Below are positions 47,175 through 59,550 of a DNA stretch of 64,000 nt, in pieces (positions within the stretch are counted from its first letter, which is position 1; each line of letters opens with the position of its first letter). Source of the stretch: Paraspadella gotoi (taxonomy: Eukaryota > Animalia > Chaetognatha). Made by a program: the position numbers and the translations under genes. Location of the stretch: assembly GCA_051294375.1 (NCBI GenBank), contig CM119265.1, forward strand, positions 778,089 to 842,088, written 5' to 3'. The notes under the pieces were generated by a model. The model searched no databases and was not told where the DNA came from. It saw only the letters and a program-made list of their open reading frames with translations.

Positions 47175-50100
47175 ATGGGAGATCGACTTTCCAAATCCTC
47201 TACGGACGCCGTCGGTACAACAACAGCGACAATCAACGTTAGAGACGGAACTCTCACGATGCCTAAAACGTCGGAAAAAGATTGGGTCAAATTGTTTGAG
47301 AAGAATGAGGCCGCCGCTTGGAAGATGTACAAACGACTCAAGGTAATGGTTTTGGAATTATCACCTTTTTCTAAAAATATAGTAGGAAAGAATTTAACTA
47401 CTTTTTTTCAAGATAAGTTGGCGAGTATTTTTGTAAAGTTAATTGATAAATTTGATATTAAAGAAGTTAAGTTATCGTATTAGGAGGTTCCGTAATTTCA
47501 AAATGTTGTACTGTTTAATTGTTATTTTTTGGGGGGTCGTGCAACAGTAAATTTTTTTAATTAAAGATTAATTTTTAATTACATTGATTGAAAAAAGAAA
47601 ATATATGCACCAATGCTTATTAAATATTAAAATAATTTTGTAAATTTTAATAAAAAATTGAGCCTTAATTGTTGGGTTGTGTGGTTATTAGGGTGAAGTG
47701 AAAGTATGGAATTAAAATTCTGATAACATATTCAGATTCCTCGTGAAAAGTTAATAAAAGAAAATATAAATATTTTTTTAAGAATTATATCATTAACTAA
47801 GTTAAAATTATAAAAGTTTATTTTTAAACTGGAAATTACAAATTCACGTCCTAAATATAGTTAATTTACATTTTTGACCAATTTAATTTATGTAGCATAA
47901 TTGTTTTATAGTATATTATATAATATATTCATTAATAAGAATAGTATAAACTGGATTGGGAGACCGAAAATAACTTATACTAGTCGCTAAGCAAGTATAC
48001 GCGGCGTAACTAATAAAAGGTCGGCATGACCCTTTCTGAAATATAATGTGAAAAAGAGTATTTTTATTAGTTTTTAGTAGGTAAATGATCGAGATTGTAA
48101 AAGAATTTTTATATACTTAAATGTATAGACTTTCACAGAGTTATTCATGCTAAGCTAAAAGTTTTTATTCTTAAAATATTGTTTAATTTCTTTATTAATT
48201 TTTTTTGCACTAAAGATTCCCTGAGGCGCAACCGGCTTCAGAATCGATCATACGAATTAAATTAGAAAAAAAATTAAATATGCAGTCAAACTTAAAAAAA
48301 ACGGATATTTTTTTTAATTGACTAGAGAATTAAGAACAAGTGATCCATTTAAAAAGGTTTTTTCTTTATAATTCGCTGAATGAATTGGTTATATTTAATT
48401 TTTTTAAATTAAGAAGTTTTTTTTGTAGTTCAGTAGTTGTCAGAGAGTTTGTGGAACTTTTTTTCATCGAAGCGCCCTTGCTGCGGCTCCTGAAGCAGCG
48501 GACACACGCAGAAAACTATTTTGCTTTCTGCACTTTATTTATATTTATTTATTTATTTGTTTATTTATTTATTTAGATATTTATTCAGATATTTATTTAG
48601 ATATTTAGATATTTATTAAGATATTTATATATTTAGATATTTTTTCAATTATTTTTTATATATTTATTTATATTTATTTATATTTATTTATCTTTATTAT
48701 ATTTATTTATCTTTATTATATTTATTTATATTTATTTATATTTATTTATTTATTTTTCTCTTTTCAGGAAGTGGATCTCTTCGTTCTTGACAATTCCATC
48801 CGAGAATCCACAGTCGGTCAACTACGAGGTCACACGATTGAGGACAAGTACAAAATCTGGCAGGAGGCTAAGAAGTGTGGGTTCAAGGTATGCGGCTAAG
48901 AAATGTGGGTTCAAGGTATGCGGCTAAGAAGTGTGGGCTCAAGGTATGCAGCTAAGAAGTGTGGGTTCAAGGTATGCGGCTAAGAAGTGTGGGCTCAAGG
49001 TATGCGGCTAAGAAGTGTGGGTTCAAGGTATGCGGCTAAGAAGTATGGGTTCAAGGTATGCAATAGCTTTAGAAGCAAAAAGTTATGAATTGTATGCGTG
49101 CAAGTTTCTTAAAAGCCAAAAAAAGTGCAAGTTTACACAATAAAGTAATTCAAGAAACAAAGCAGTGTGGGTTTAAAATGTAAACGTGTATTAAAGTTAC
49201 GTAATATAGTTTGCTAAGTTGTGTGGATACAAGATATGCGAAGAATGGGAACCACCGAGTCTGATTTTATTTTAGATATTTTATGTCTCAAAACTTTGGA
49301 CAAGGGAAGATTAATCTTTCTTATCCTATTAAATCAAAAGTCTTTGAGAACGTTATATGATTAAAAGAATTAATGATTCAAGATAATTTTCTAGTGATTA
49401 ATTTATCTATTAATTCAAAAATAGATAAGTTGATTATATTGTATTTATTGATAAATAGTCTCATACATAATTCGACAAAATTTTGATTGCTTGACTCATT
49501 TTATGACCGATTCATGCATTAAAAATTGGATAATGATAGGTTTTAAATCGATTGATTGATTGATTGGCTTCTCTTGTGATTGTTTCGAATTGGAAGGTGG
49601 ATTAATTTTTTGATTGATTGATTGATTGATTGTTCCACTCAGAACTGGATGGTGGCCTCATTCAATCACATGACGAGAGTCGATGATGTCTTCATCGGAA
49701 AAATCGTTGAAGAAGCGAGAAAAGAAGAAAATGGGGAAGAAATCATCAGCGGATTTTGGGCTTTTTCAGAAATCGTCGATTTTAAGGGTACGAAGGAAAA
49801 ACATTATGAAAAACATAAGCCAAAAAATAAATACATTAAAAAAACATAAATATATAAACACACATAAACAAAAAAAAATGAACAAAATCAAAAGGAAAGT
49901 AAGGAAGAAAAACATGAAGAAAACCTTAATTGAAACAAAAATATTTAAACATAAAAACCGAACAATTATAAACAAAAGAAATAAAACAAAAAAACTTAAT
50001 AACCCCCATAAAAAAAAGCAAAAACAAAAACTTCAAGAAATCTATTTTATTGCTCAAAAGTTGATATTTTGTGCATCCATTTATTCTAGTCTCTGCTAAC

Positions 50101-53100
50101 CGAATACCTAATGGTGAAATTCTTCCTGTTGGACTCAAAAAGTCACAAGAATTTGGTCTCTACAACGTTTTGTTTGAAATTGATTTCGGGGACAAAATCT
50201 GGAATTTTAGAAAATTCCCTGTAGAGAAGTTTATTGAGCTGCTGGATGAGAGGTGAGCTGTTAAAGAATGATTTATATAGTTAAATTAATTATTATTAAA
50301 ATTTATATAATGTTTTATGTGCTTATTAAACCAAATTAAAAAAATTTTATGTTTTATTTACAAAAGTTTATTACATTAATAAAATTATTAACTATATTTT
50401 TTAATTTAAAATTTCTAAACAATCATAATTGTTTCGCTTCTTTATTCTTAACAATTTTTAAATCGTTCCCGCACCATGTCATTCTTATCATTTCTTTTAT
50501 CATTTATCATTATCATTTCTCTCTCACAGATTCCGTTGGTGCAACGAAAATCTTCCTTGGGCCAAAGACTCTACGGATCCAGCCCATCAAGGTCCTCGGC
50601 CCAAGATCAAGATTGGGGTGAATTTCAGGGACATGCCCGAAGTTATGTCGAAGCATCCGGAGAGAATTTACAAGGTCGGAACAATTTAGGAATAAAAATA
50701 TATAAACAAAAGAAATCAATCAGTTAAATTTTGTATGACTATAAAATATATTATATTAAGCCTATTATCAATTCAATTATTGTTTATAGACTTCATTAAA
50801 ACTTTATAAATGTGAATTATTAAAATTTGCTTGCGTTAATTTAATTAAAATAAATCTTTCAGAATACTGATAAATTTACATATTGATAATGATATTTTCT
50901 TATTAGATCTTTATCGATTTTTATATTTATAATTAGATATAATTATTCAAAATAACTTACCAATTTCCAGGTCGCAACTTACCTCGCCTCACTTCCCGAA
51001 TCTTCCAACTTTTTCGCCATCGCGTTTGAAGAACCAACAGGCGACTCTCTCCCGGAATCCGTCGCCAACTGGACCAAAGGCTTTCGACGCATCCTGGACG
51101 ATTACGGATCGAAAGCGAGACTCTTGGTTCACACTCACGAGCGGTTTGGTCTTTCCGACGTCACCGCGTTGCAGGTAAAGCGGTAACTTGTGGTTCTTTA
51201 ATCTCATTTACATATTGTAGTAGTATAGATTTATTTTCATATATCTTTAGATACGGTTTTCATGTAAGTCGTAATTTACTATTTTAGCTATACTTTATAT
51301 GATTTTAAATGTTGATTTGGCTAACAAACTCCCTTTCAAGACTCTCATCACCATGATAAACTTTCAGAAAATAGTTTTTGGGGACAAAATGTGTGCATTT
51401 CTGCAGAATCTTTGCATGTAGATAATTTTATCCATTATTTTTTCACTAGTTAGGGGTAGTCAAAATGTTAAATTTGAATTAATGTTATTATATATTTTTT
51501 TTTCTTTTTTTATTTATTTTTTCTTATTTTTTGTCAATTTTTTAAAAAAATTTTTTTTAGTTGTTAACTTTTTCATTAACATTTTTTATTTGCAATAATT
51601 CCTCTTTCAGTCCATCATGGGCTGGCGCAGATGGTATCTGGGCTTCGGTCTGTTGTGAAGGCGCCTACATCGGTGCTGCTTCATCTTGCGTTACGTTGCT
51701 AAACCTAATTCGTTTAGGAAACAAAAAAGTCTTGAAAAAATTACAACTGCAGGTTAATGGATTAGTTTATTGCGTGGCTAAATTTAATAAACCCCGGAGA
51801 AATTTTAGATGTCGTAATCTATCTCACATATCTTCTGCATCTCTCTCTCTCCCTCTCTCTCTCTCTCATCTCTCTCTCTCTCTCTCTCGTCCTCCTCTCT
51901 CTCTCTCTCTCTCCACTTTCTCTCTCTCTCCCTCCCTGCCCACCGCCCACAGCAGTTACCATTTCCGCGAAGGCTGCCATCGAAAGTGACCGAAATCACA
52001 ACGGGCACTGACCTCCCAAGCGAACAACCAATCTTTGGTACTCGCGCTTATTTTTTTTTTTTCAGTTTTTTGACGTTAGTTGGGCTTATTTTTTGTTTTT
52101 TTTTTTGTTTTCTTTTTTTATTTTCTGTGCATCTGGACTGGCCCCGGGGACAATTCGAACTTTGCCAGTTTCTGTTTCTTGGGTAGAGAACCTCCAGTTG
52201 CGTGAGGATAATACAATATTGAGAAATAAACTCTCCAAAAGCTTTTCAACTAACTTTTGACCCTTTTCGTATTAAAATCGCGAGGTGAAAAATTATATAA
52301 TATCTGTAAAATTTTTTGGTAAAAATGCGATTAAAAACATATTTATGAGGTTCTAATGAAAGGAAGGATTTTACAAAAAATCTGAACCTTCTCTATTTTA
52401 TAACAATTTTTATCATATTTTTCTTTCCACTCCCTTTCTTTTTATTTTCTCCATACTCTTCCTTTCCTATTTTTCTCTTTCCTTTCCTATCTTTCTCTTT
52501 CCTTTCTTCTCTTTTTCTTTCCTCCCTTTCTCTTTCCTTTCCTCCCTTTGTCTTTCCTTTCCTCCACCCCCCCGCAGCATCACCACGATGTCTTCAGCCG
52601 ACATGATCCTTCAACGACTCAAAAATCTTTTCGGCGACGAACCCGAATTCACTTGGACGATCGCAGCTGCGATGAAGGAAAAGATATTGGACGATTTGAG
52701 AGATGGGAGGTGATTAATGATTGATTGATTGAATTGAATTGAATTTAATTTATTTAACTTATTTATTTAATTTATAAATAGAAAACTGTAAAGTGAAATA
52801 TTGATTTATTGTACAAATTGGAATTAAAATTGATCTCTTTTCAATTTGTCACCGCGATTGATTGTGATTGATTGATTGATTGATTGTGATTGATTGTAAT
52901 TCAAAACGATAGTTATTATTAATGAATTATGATTGATTTTCATTAATTTTGTTTTATAACGATATCGCCTGAGAATGTGTAATAAGACAATTAACAAATT
53001 TATATTCACTAGTACTGTGTCTGTGATGAATGAACCGTAATAAATTCGGCTCTCATTTCCTTTACTATTTAAAATTTAATAATTAAACTAAAATGTTACT

Positions 53101-53687
53101 TAGTTTCTATCCTTAATCCCTAACTCTAGTCGTGAAACTTAACCCTAAACCTTTGCCTATTTTATAACCCAAACAACTAATCATAAACCCTTTATTTTTC
53201 ACCCTAATCTCTAACCTTAATCCTTCACCTTAATCCTTCACCTTAATCACTATATTTAATCACTATCCTTATCCCTAACCTTAATCCCTAACCTTAATCA
53301 CTAACCTTAATCCCTAACCTAATCCCTAACCTAATCCTCCTTCCCAATTTTTAACTCGAAACATAATTCCTAATTGAGGATGAAATGTGTCGTTCTGGGA
53401 AAATAAGGCCATAAATTCTATACCCAAATCTGCTCCCCATTTTTTCAGAAAAGAAGAGTACATGTCTCCCGCCGGGTTCGCTCTCCTATTCGACAGAAGC
53501 GGCGGGAAAATGACGGAATCCATGCGAGACGTCGTGGCCAAACAAAAGGCGAACTCTGCGATGGGAGAAAAATTGATTAGTGAGATAAAGAAAGACTGGG
53601 ACGAATGGGATCTCAGAGAAGATGGAGAGAAGGTGAGAGATGATGATGACGATGATGATGATTTAAGAAAGATGGAAAGAAGGTGAG

Positions 53688-53729
<42 letters not shown>

Positions 53730-56700
53730 CATTTCATCCACCAGGACAACATGTTGGCCTTTGATTCTTTCTACAACGGATTCATGTCGCGTTTCTTTGG
53801 ATGCTACAGATGCGCTGACACTTTAGACGCTTTGAAGTGTCTCGACATGGACAGCGATGGAGAGGTGAGTTCAAAGGGTCAGTTCAAAGGGTAAGGATGT
53901 ATAAACTAATTTTTATTCAAATTTTTTGTGATTAATCTTTCTTTTCGTCTTCGTCTTTAATCTCAAGTAACAAATTTTTTTCAAATTTAAATGAAAAACA
54001 AGAGAGCAATTCTGTGAAATTGGTACAACCAATATAAAAATTATTCTTATTTCATTATTTAGATAAATATCGTATGCCTTAGCACTGTCTTTGGACAGCC
54101 TTTGGTTGTATTAGAGGCCTCCATCACTCTTACAAGATAAATGACATAGCAGGTCTTCCTGCAAGCTTTCGATCAAGATTCTCTCACAAGTCGAGTTAAT
54201 TCACTCCCAGAGTACCTGGGCTTCCCTATAATGAAGTGAGTATAAATATTTCAAAAAATGTTTTCAATTTTATAAATCACCACAGTTGATAGTAGATCAT
54301 CTATTCATTATAATTGGACAAGCTCTCTTCCTTTGTAATTAGTTAAGTTGTTAAGACCTTAATCTCTCTCACAAGTTAATTAACATATTTAATGAATAAT
54401 AACCAAGACAGAGTGAGTTCCTGATAAAAGCTTACCTAGACCTTATTTATGAATGTTAATTTTCAATATTGTTTTTACTAATTTCCCTTGTGCAAGCTTT
54501 CAATCAAGACTCTTCACAATCTATGACTTTTTTAAACTCCCATAGTATTGTTGAATTCGTTATGTGTATTACTTAACATAAAACCGCCTTTTCAGGTTGA
54601 CTGGGATGAATTTGCCGCATGTAGCCTCAACATGGGCTCGGCTAACGCTTTTCCAGACCCAAAGATAAAGAATGAACTTCTCGATGCCAGCCTTCACTAA
54701 AGGCCTCATTCCAGCGAATGAGGGACGAAATAAGAATTAACACCAAGTCAGTTGTTAATTTTCTTTAATTATTTTTTCTTCAGGTCTCAAGTGATGTTTT
54801 ATTTTAAAAAGAAAATTTAGATATACAAATGTTTTCAAAGTTTAATAAAAAATTTTATTATTGTAAAGCAATACCATTTTTGTATTACATAATAATTTAG
54901 ATTTATTAATTATCAAAAATATAAATTATAATAATAATAATTAATAATAGTAATGACTACAGTAGTTACACATAATAACTACAGAATTAATCAATATATA
55001 ATATATAATATTAATTTTAATAATAATAATAATAAAGAATTTTTAATTAATTAATCTCAACAAACAACAAAAGAAAGGATTAATAGAATTTTTAATAAAT
55101 AATTTTAATTAATTTCATAAAATATAAAATTTAAAATAGTAAAACAAGCAATTCTGTTATTTTCATAAATTTAAAATTATTTTTCAAAAGTAATTTAAAT
55201 ATTGAATAACAAATATTTGCTCAACAATTTTTTTTCAAAATCCTTACACGGTAACTCGTTTATTGTTGAATCTTTTAGTTAAAAGTATCTTTACAACAAT
55301 TAAATGAAAGTACTAAATGTGTCAGAGCGCCATCTGCTACGGATGACGTCGACGGAGATGGCGTTGTCCAGACTTGGTACAAATTGACGAACCAGTCAAC
55401 GAGCGGAGTTTTGACTCTGGATGAAGAAACGGGAAATCTTGTGACGGCTTCGTTTAAGGTGAATGGTATATGCCGGACTGTGATACTTTTGATTTTTTAC
55501 TGCATCTTATAAATACAATGATCTTTATTTGAAAAAATATAAAAAAAANNNNNNNNNNTTTTTACTGCATCTTATAAATACAATGATCTTTACTTCAAAA
55601 AATAAAAAAAAATGTATAGCTTAATAGCTTAAATGCTTATATTTTTTTTAAATATAGCTTCACTTTTATTTTCTCTCCCTCTTTTTTCTCTCTCTCCCTC
55701 TTTTTGATTATTATTCAAAAGTAATTTAAATATTGAATAACAATATTTGCTCAACAATTTTTTTTCAAAATCCTTACACGGTAACTCGTTTATTGTTGAA
55801 TCTTTTAGTTAAAAGTATCTTTACAACAATTAAATGAAAGTACTAAATGTGTCAGAGCGCCATCTGCTACGGATGACGTCGACGGAGATGGAGTTGTCCA
55901 GACTTGGTACAAATGACGAACCAGTCAACGAGCGGAGTTTTGACTCTGGATGAAGAAACGGGAAATCTTGTGACGGCTTCGTTTAAGGTGAATGGTATAT
56001 GCCGGACTGTGATACTTTGATTTTTTACTGCATCTTATAAATACAATGATCTTTACTTCAAAAAATAAAAAAAAATGTATAGCTTAATAGCTTAAATGCT
56101 TATATTTTTTTTAAATATAGCTTCACTTTTATTTTCTCTCCCTCTTTTTTCTTCTCTCTCCCTCTTTTTCTCTCTTCTCCTCTTTTTCTCTCTCTCCTCT
56201 TTTTCTCTCCTCCCTCTTTTCTCTCTCTCCCTGTTTTCTCTCTCTCCCTCTTTTTCTCTCTCTCCCTCTTTTTCTCTCTCTCCCTGTCTTTCTCTCTCCC
56301 CACTATCACTTCTCTCTCTCTCTCTCTNNNNNNNNNNNNNNNNNNNNNNNNNCTCTCTCTCTCTCTCTCTCTATTTCTCTCCGTCCACCCCATCTTCACC
56401 AGTGCGGTGACAACCAATTGTTCAAACTTGTATCCGGTGGACGACTCATTTCAAAAACTGGAAAAGAAGTCGGAATAAAAGAAAAAGAAGTTAAGGTTGG
56501 AACAGAATTGGTTGGCAAAGACGAAGGAGGAGATATAGTCCTCATGTGGAGGTAAAGAAAATTTGGCTCTTTCCATTCCTTCATTTATTTTGAATCTTAA
56601 TATTTGATTTAAACATGGTCTTAAACTTAAAACCTAATCCTTTATTTTAATCCTAATTCTTAATTCTAATCTTAATTACCAATTTTAATCCTAATTTTCA

Positions 56701-56993
56701 ATTATAATCTTAATTCCCAATTCTAATCCTTAATCTTAATCCTAAACCATTACCCTAATCCTTAACCTAATAAACCTTAACCCTAAATTTTTAATTTAAT
56801 CTTTAAATTAAAAAAATTAACCTATATCCAAATTAAAGATAAAATAAGACGTTATTGGAAAATAAGTCACATTATAGGACACAATTTTGATAAATCTAAC
56901 TAAAAGTTTTAATTTGAATATATTTAAATTAAATCTAAATCTTAATTCCTCCCTCAAGGGTTGAAGATGGAAAAATTATTTTATTCTCCTACG
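47175..56993 (+). CDS. DRE-TIM metallolyase-like (HMGL/IPMS superfamily) protein with EF-hand and probable C-terminal ricin-B-like beta-trefoil; 3' end lost in gap
   Basis: Exons 47175-47342, 48768-48887 (VLDNSIRESTVGQ), 49643-49787, 50090-50252, 50530-50674, 50971-51174 (EEPTG; LLVHTHERFG), 51611-51752 (AGADGIWASVCCEGA), ~51953-52050 (damaged), 52578-52709, 53449-53632, 53745-53864, 54596-54746 (DMDSDGE|VDWDEF), 55326-55458, 56403-56551, 56959-56993. Indels in exons 7, 8 and 12. Confidence 0.75.
48866..49061 (+). repeat. 7 x 28-bp minisatellite spanning an exon/intron junction
   Basis: Unit GGCTAAGAAGTGTGGGTTCAAG|GTATGC; first unit contains the real donor at 48887/48888. Confidence 0.95.
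55716..56140 (+). repeat. Near-identical second copy of ~55185-55680 including an exon; probable assembly overlap
   Basis: Straddles the N-gap at 55549-55558; second exon copy (55856-55987) has a 1-bp deletion. Confidence 0.75.
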
Positions 56994-57964
56994 NNNNNNN
57001 NNNTAAACGCATTAAAAACGAGTTAAAAACGAGTTAAAAACCATTTAAACGGACCTGGTATACACGTCGAACTTTATAGAGATTTGGCGATTACATAAGC
57101 ATAAAAATATACATTTCAACTTTCGAAATAAACGGCGTTGAATAAGCAGAGAATTTGGCATTAAATTCGAAGCAGCAAAAACGGTAACGTGCAGGATATC
57201 GTCTGTGAATCGAATTAAAAATAGGACGAGAGAGAAAAGACTGGTCTCTCACGAATGCGGGGTAAACAAAAGATCAGTTTTCGAAACGAAGTAAAAAATA
57301 TTCTACAAAATATGTTAGAAGAATATTTTATTTAAGTTTTATCAACATTGATTATTTTATATAATCGGAAAACAGTTTCATACCAAAACTAACGTTGGAA
57401 ATAAAAAATTACAAAAGAAATTTTAACACGAAATTCTGTGTGTTTTCGAAATCCGAGAAATAAAGCATTAATTGTTAAGGGGACCCAGTGATAATTGTTA
57501 AGGAAGAACATTTTGTAAACAATATTACTTTAATTAATTAATTAGGTTAATTTATGCCCTGGAGATTTTTTTTAGTGTTTGTTTTGCTCAAAATCTTCTG
57601 ATCAAGGATTTCTCAATAGACAAACTCTTTTTTTTCTCAAAAACTCTAATTAAAAATTGATCACTCTGATATCTCTCTTTTTCTTTTTTTTTCTTTTTTT
57701 TTCTTTTTTAATTTCATTTTTTTCTTCCTTTCTTTTTATCTTTCTTTTCTCCTTCTTTCTTTCTATCTTTCTTTTCTCCTTCTTTCTTTTTATCTTTATT
57801 TTATCCTTCTTTCTTTTCTCCTTCTTTCTTTCTTTCTTTCTGTCACTCTTTCTTTTTTCTCACACGCTCGTAAAACGTGTGAATCTGAATCTACAAAACT
57901 CAAATTCCTTCGAACTGGTTTGGTTCGCGTCCTTGACATTTTCTGTCTAAAAACTCAAAATTGA

Positions 57965-58755
57965 TTTTAGTCCGATCTGCTTGCAGCAGATCTCGACTCT
58001 ATAATTCACTTTGTCGGTCCGCCGGTCAGTCGGTCGGTCCGTCGGTCCGCCCCCTCAATATTGTCGGGCAACCACATATATTATGTCAGAGTGTCGAATT
58101 ATGATAAATTATGCAAAAAAAAACGATGTCCGTCCGTCCGTCTGTCCGTCCATTCCACCTTAGTAAAAAACTCCAATTACTCGTGATTGGATGGATGGAT
58201 TGGAATGAAATTTTGTGGGTGGGTAGGAAAGGGTGTGATTGAGTTGGATATAAAGTTTCGATAGAATCGTGAGTGTGATAAAGAGATTAAATGGAAAAAA
58301 CAAAAAAAATATATTTCACTATTTGAACGCCAATTACTTATGAGTGGATGAGACGATTGACTTGAAATTTTGTATTTGGGTAGAAAAGTGTGTGATTAAA
58401 CTGGAAATCAAGTTTCGATGGAATCGTTTGAATGGAAATGAGTTTAAATGAAAAAAACAAAAACCTGTTTCACTAATTAATTATGCTTCTTTTTATTTTT
58501 TTTAAATGTAAATGCAAGATGTATTAATTAATCAAATAATTAATCAGTTTATTAATCAATAATTAATTAATCAGTCAATTAATTAATTAATCAATAATTA
58601 ATTAATCAGTCAATTCATCAATCAATTAATTATTAAACCAATCAAATATTTATCTATTAATTAATTATTCAATCAATCAATTTATTTATCTATTAACTAA
58701 TTATTTAATCAATCATGCATAATTTCATCATAATCCGACAATCTGTTCAAAAGTA
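57965..58755 (+). mobile_element. HINE/DINE-1-like element
   Basis: 5' hairpin + ACTCTATAA, (GTCC)n, shared core, 3' ATCCGACA. Confidence 0.7.
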
Positions 58756-58966
58756 ATCAATTTTTGTTTTTAATGAGTTTTTATTGGACTTTTTTAAAAT
58801 TTTGCATTATATTGAGAAAACGCTTTTGAATTAAGCCCGCGCTCTACCTGATTTAAATAATAAAATCAATACAGTTTCTGTCAATTGTGTTCAAAATTGA
58901 AAAAAATGAAGGCTTGACTATGCAGTTTTCACCTAAAAAACCAGTTCATTTGATTGCTTTATCAAG

Positions 58967-59130
58967 CACCTGCACCTGCAGCAGACTCAATGCCGCAACT
59001 GGTGCCGCCCCCTCTGCCGGCAACGCCCACAATATTTCCAATCATGTGGCGTCAAACAAATCAGGTCCCAGGCCTCACCAACATCCTCCCGGCGATGCTT
59101 CAGTCGCCGGAAGATGACGAAGATCAATGA
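58967..59130 (+). CDS. Possible Pro-rich terminal exon, perhaps of the DRE-TIM gene
   Basis: Acceptor TTATCAAG, open frame APAPAADSMPQLVPPPLPATPT...PEDDEDQ*, GC-richer than surroundings. Linkage hidden by gap. Confidence 0.3.
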
Positions 59131-59550
59131 CTCTCAGCCTTCCTCCTCTTGGACGAAGTGTGGGGGGGATGTGTGGCAGCAGAAACACGCGACCTCATCC
59201 GATCATCTCTCTCTCTCCCAATCACTGGCCAATCACCGGTCACTACCACTCTCTACCGGCTGTCCTCAGCCGGTCTCTCTGTACAGTTTATTGTTATGGT
59301 TTTAGAATTTGGAATTGATGTCTGTATCATTCTCGATCTGAACTTTGTCTCTTTAATAACTGCCACAATACAATGAATGAAAACAGTATTTAAATTTTTT
59401 TTATTTAAAAAAAACATTCATCAAGATATTTGTATTGAATTTTAATTAAAGTTTTCATTTCATACCAAAAAAATTTTCAAATAATAATCTTGTAACAACA
59501 AGAGCAAAATATTTTTTTGCTTTTTACTATTTACATAATTATTCAGAAAT

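Noticed and set aside
48866-49061. CRISPR array (also considered 10013-10240 and 59812-59981)
   Set aside because: Head-to-tail units without unique spacers, in spliceosomal introns, with no cas genes.
51611-52050. Programmed frameshifting or true pseudogenisation in the DRE-TIM gene
   Set aside because: Indels cluster in noisy segments, often at short homopolymers, while neighbouring exons are intact. Consensus error is more likely but needs raw reads.
55326-55458. Cadherin repeat (SATDDVDG...LDEETG)
   Set aside because: Following exons fit a ricin-type beta-trefoil better and lack cadherin LDRE/DxNDN motifs.
55856-55987. Mutually exclusive duplicated exon
   Set aside because: Flanking intron is also near-identical, the copy abuts N-gaps and has a 1-bp deletion; likely an assembly overlap.
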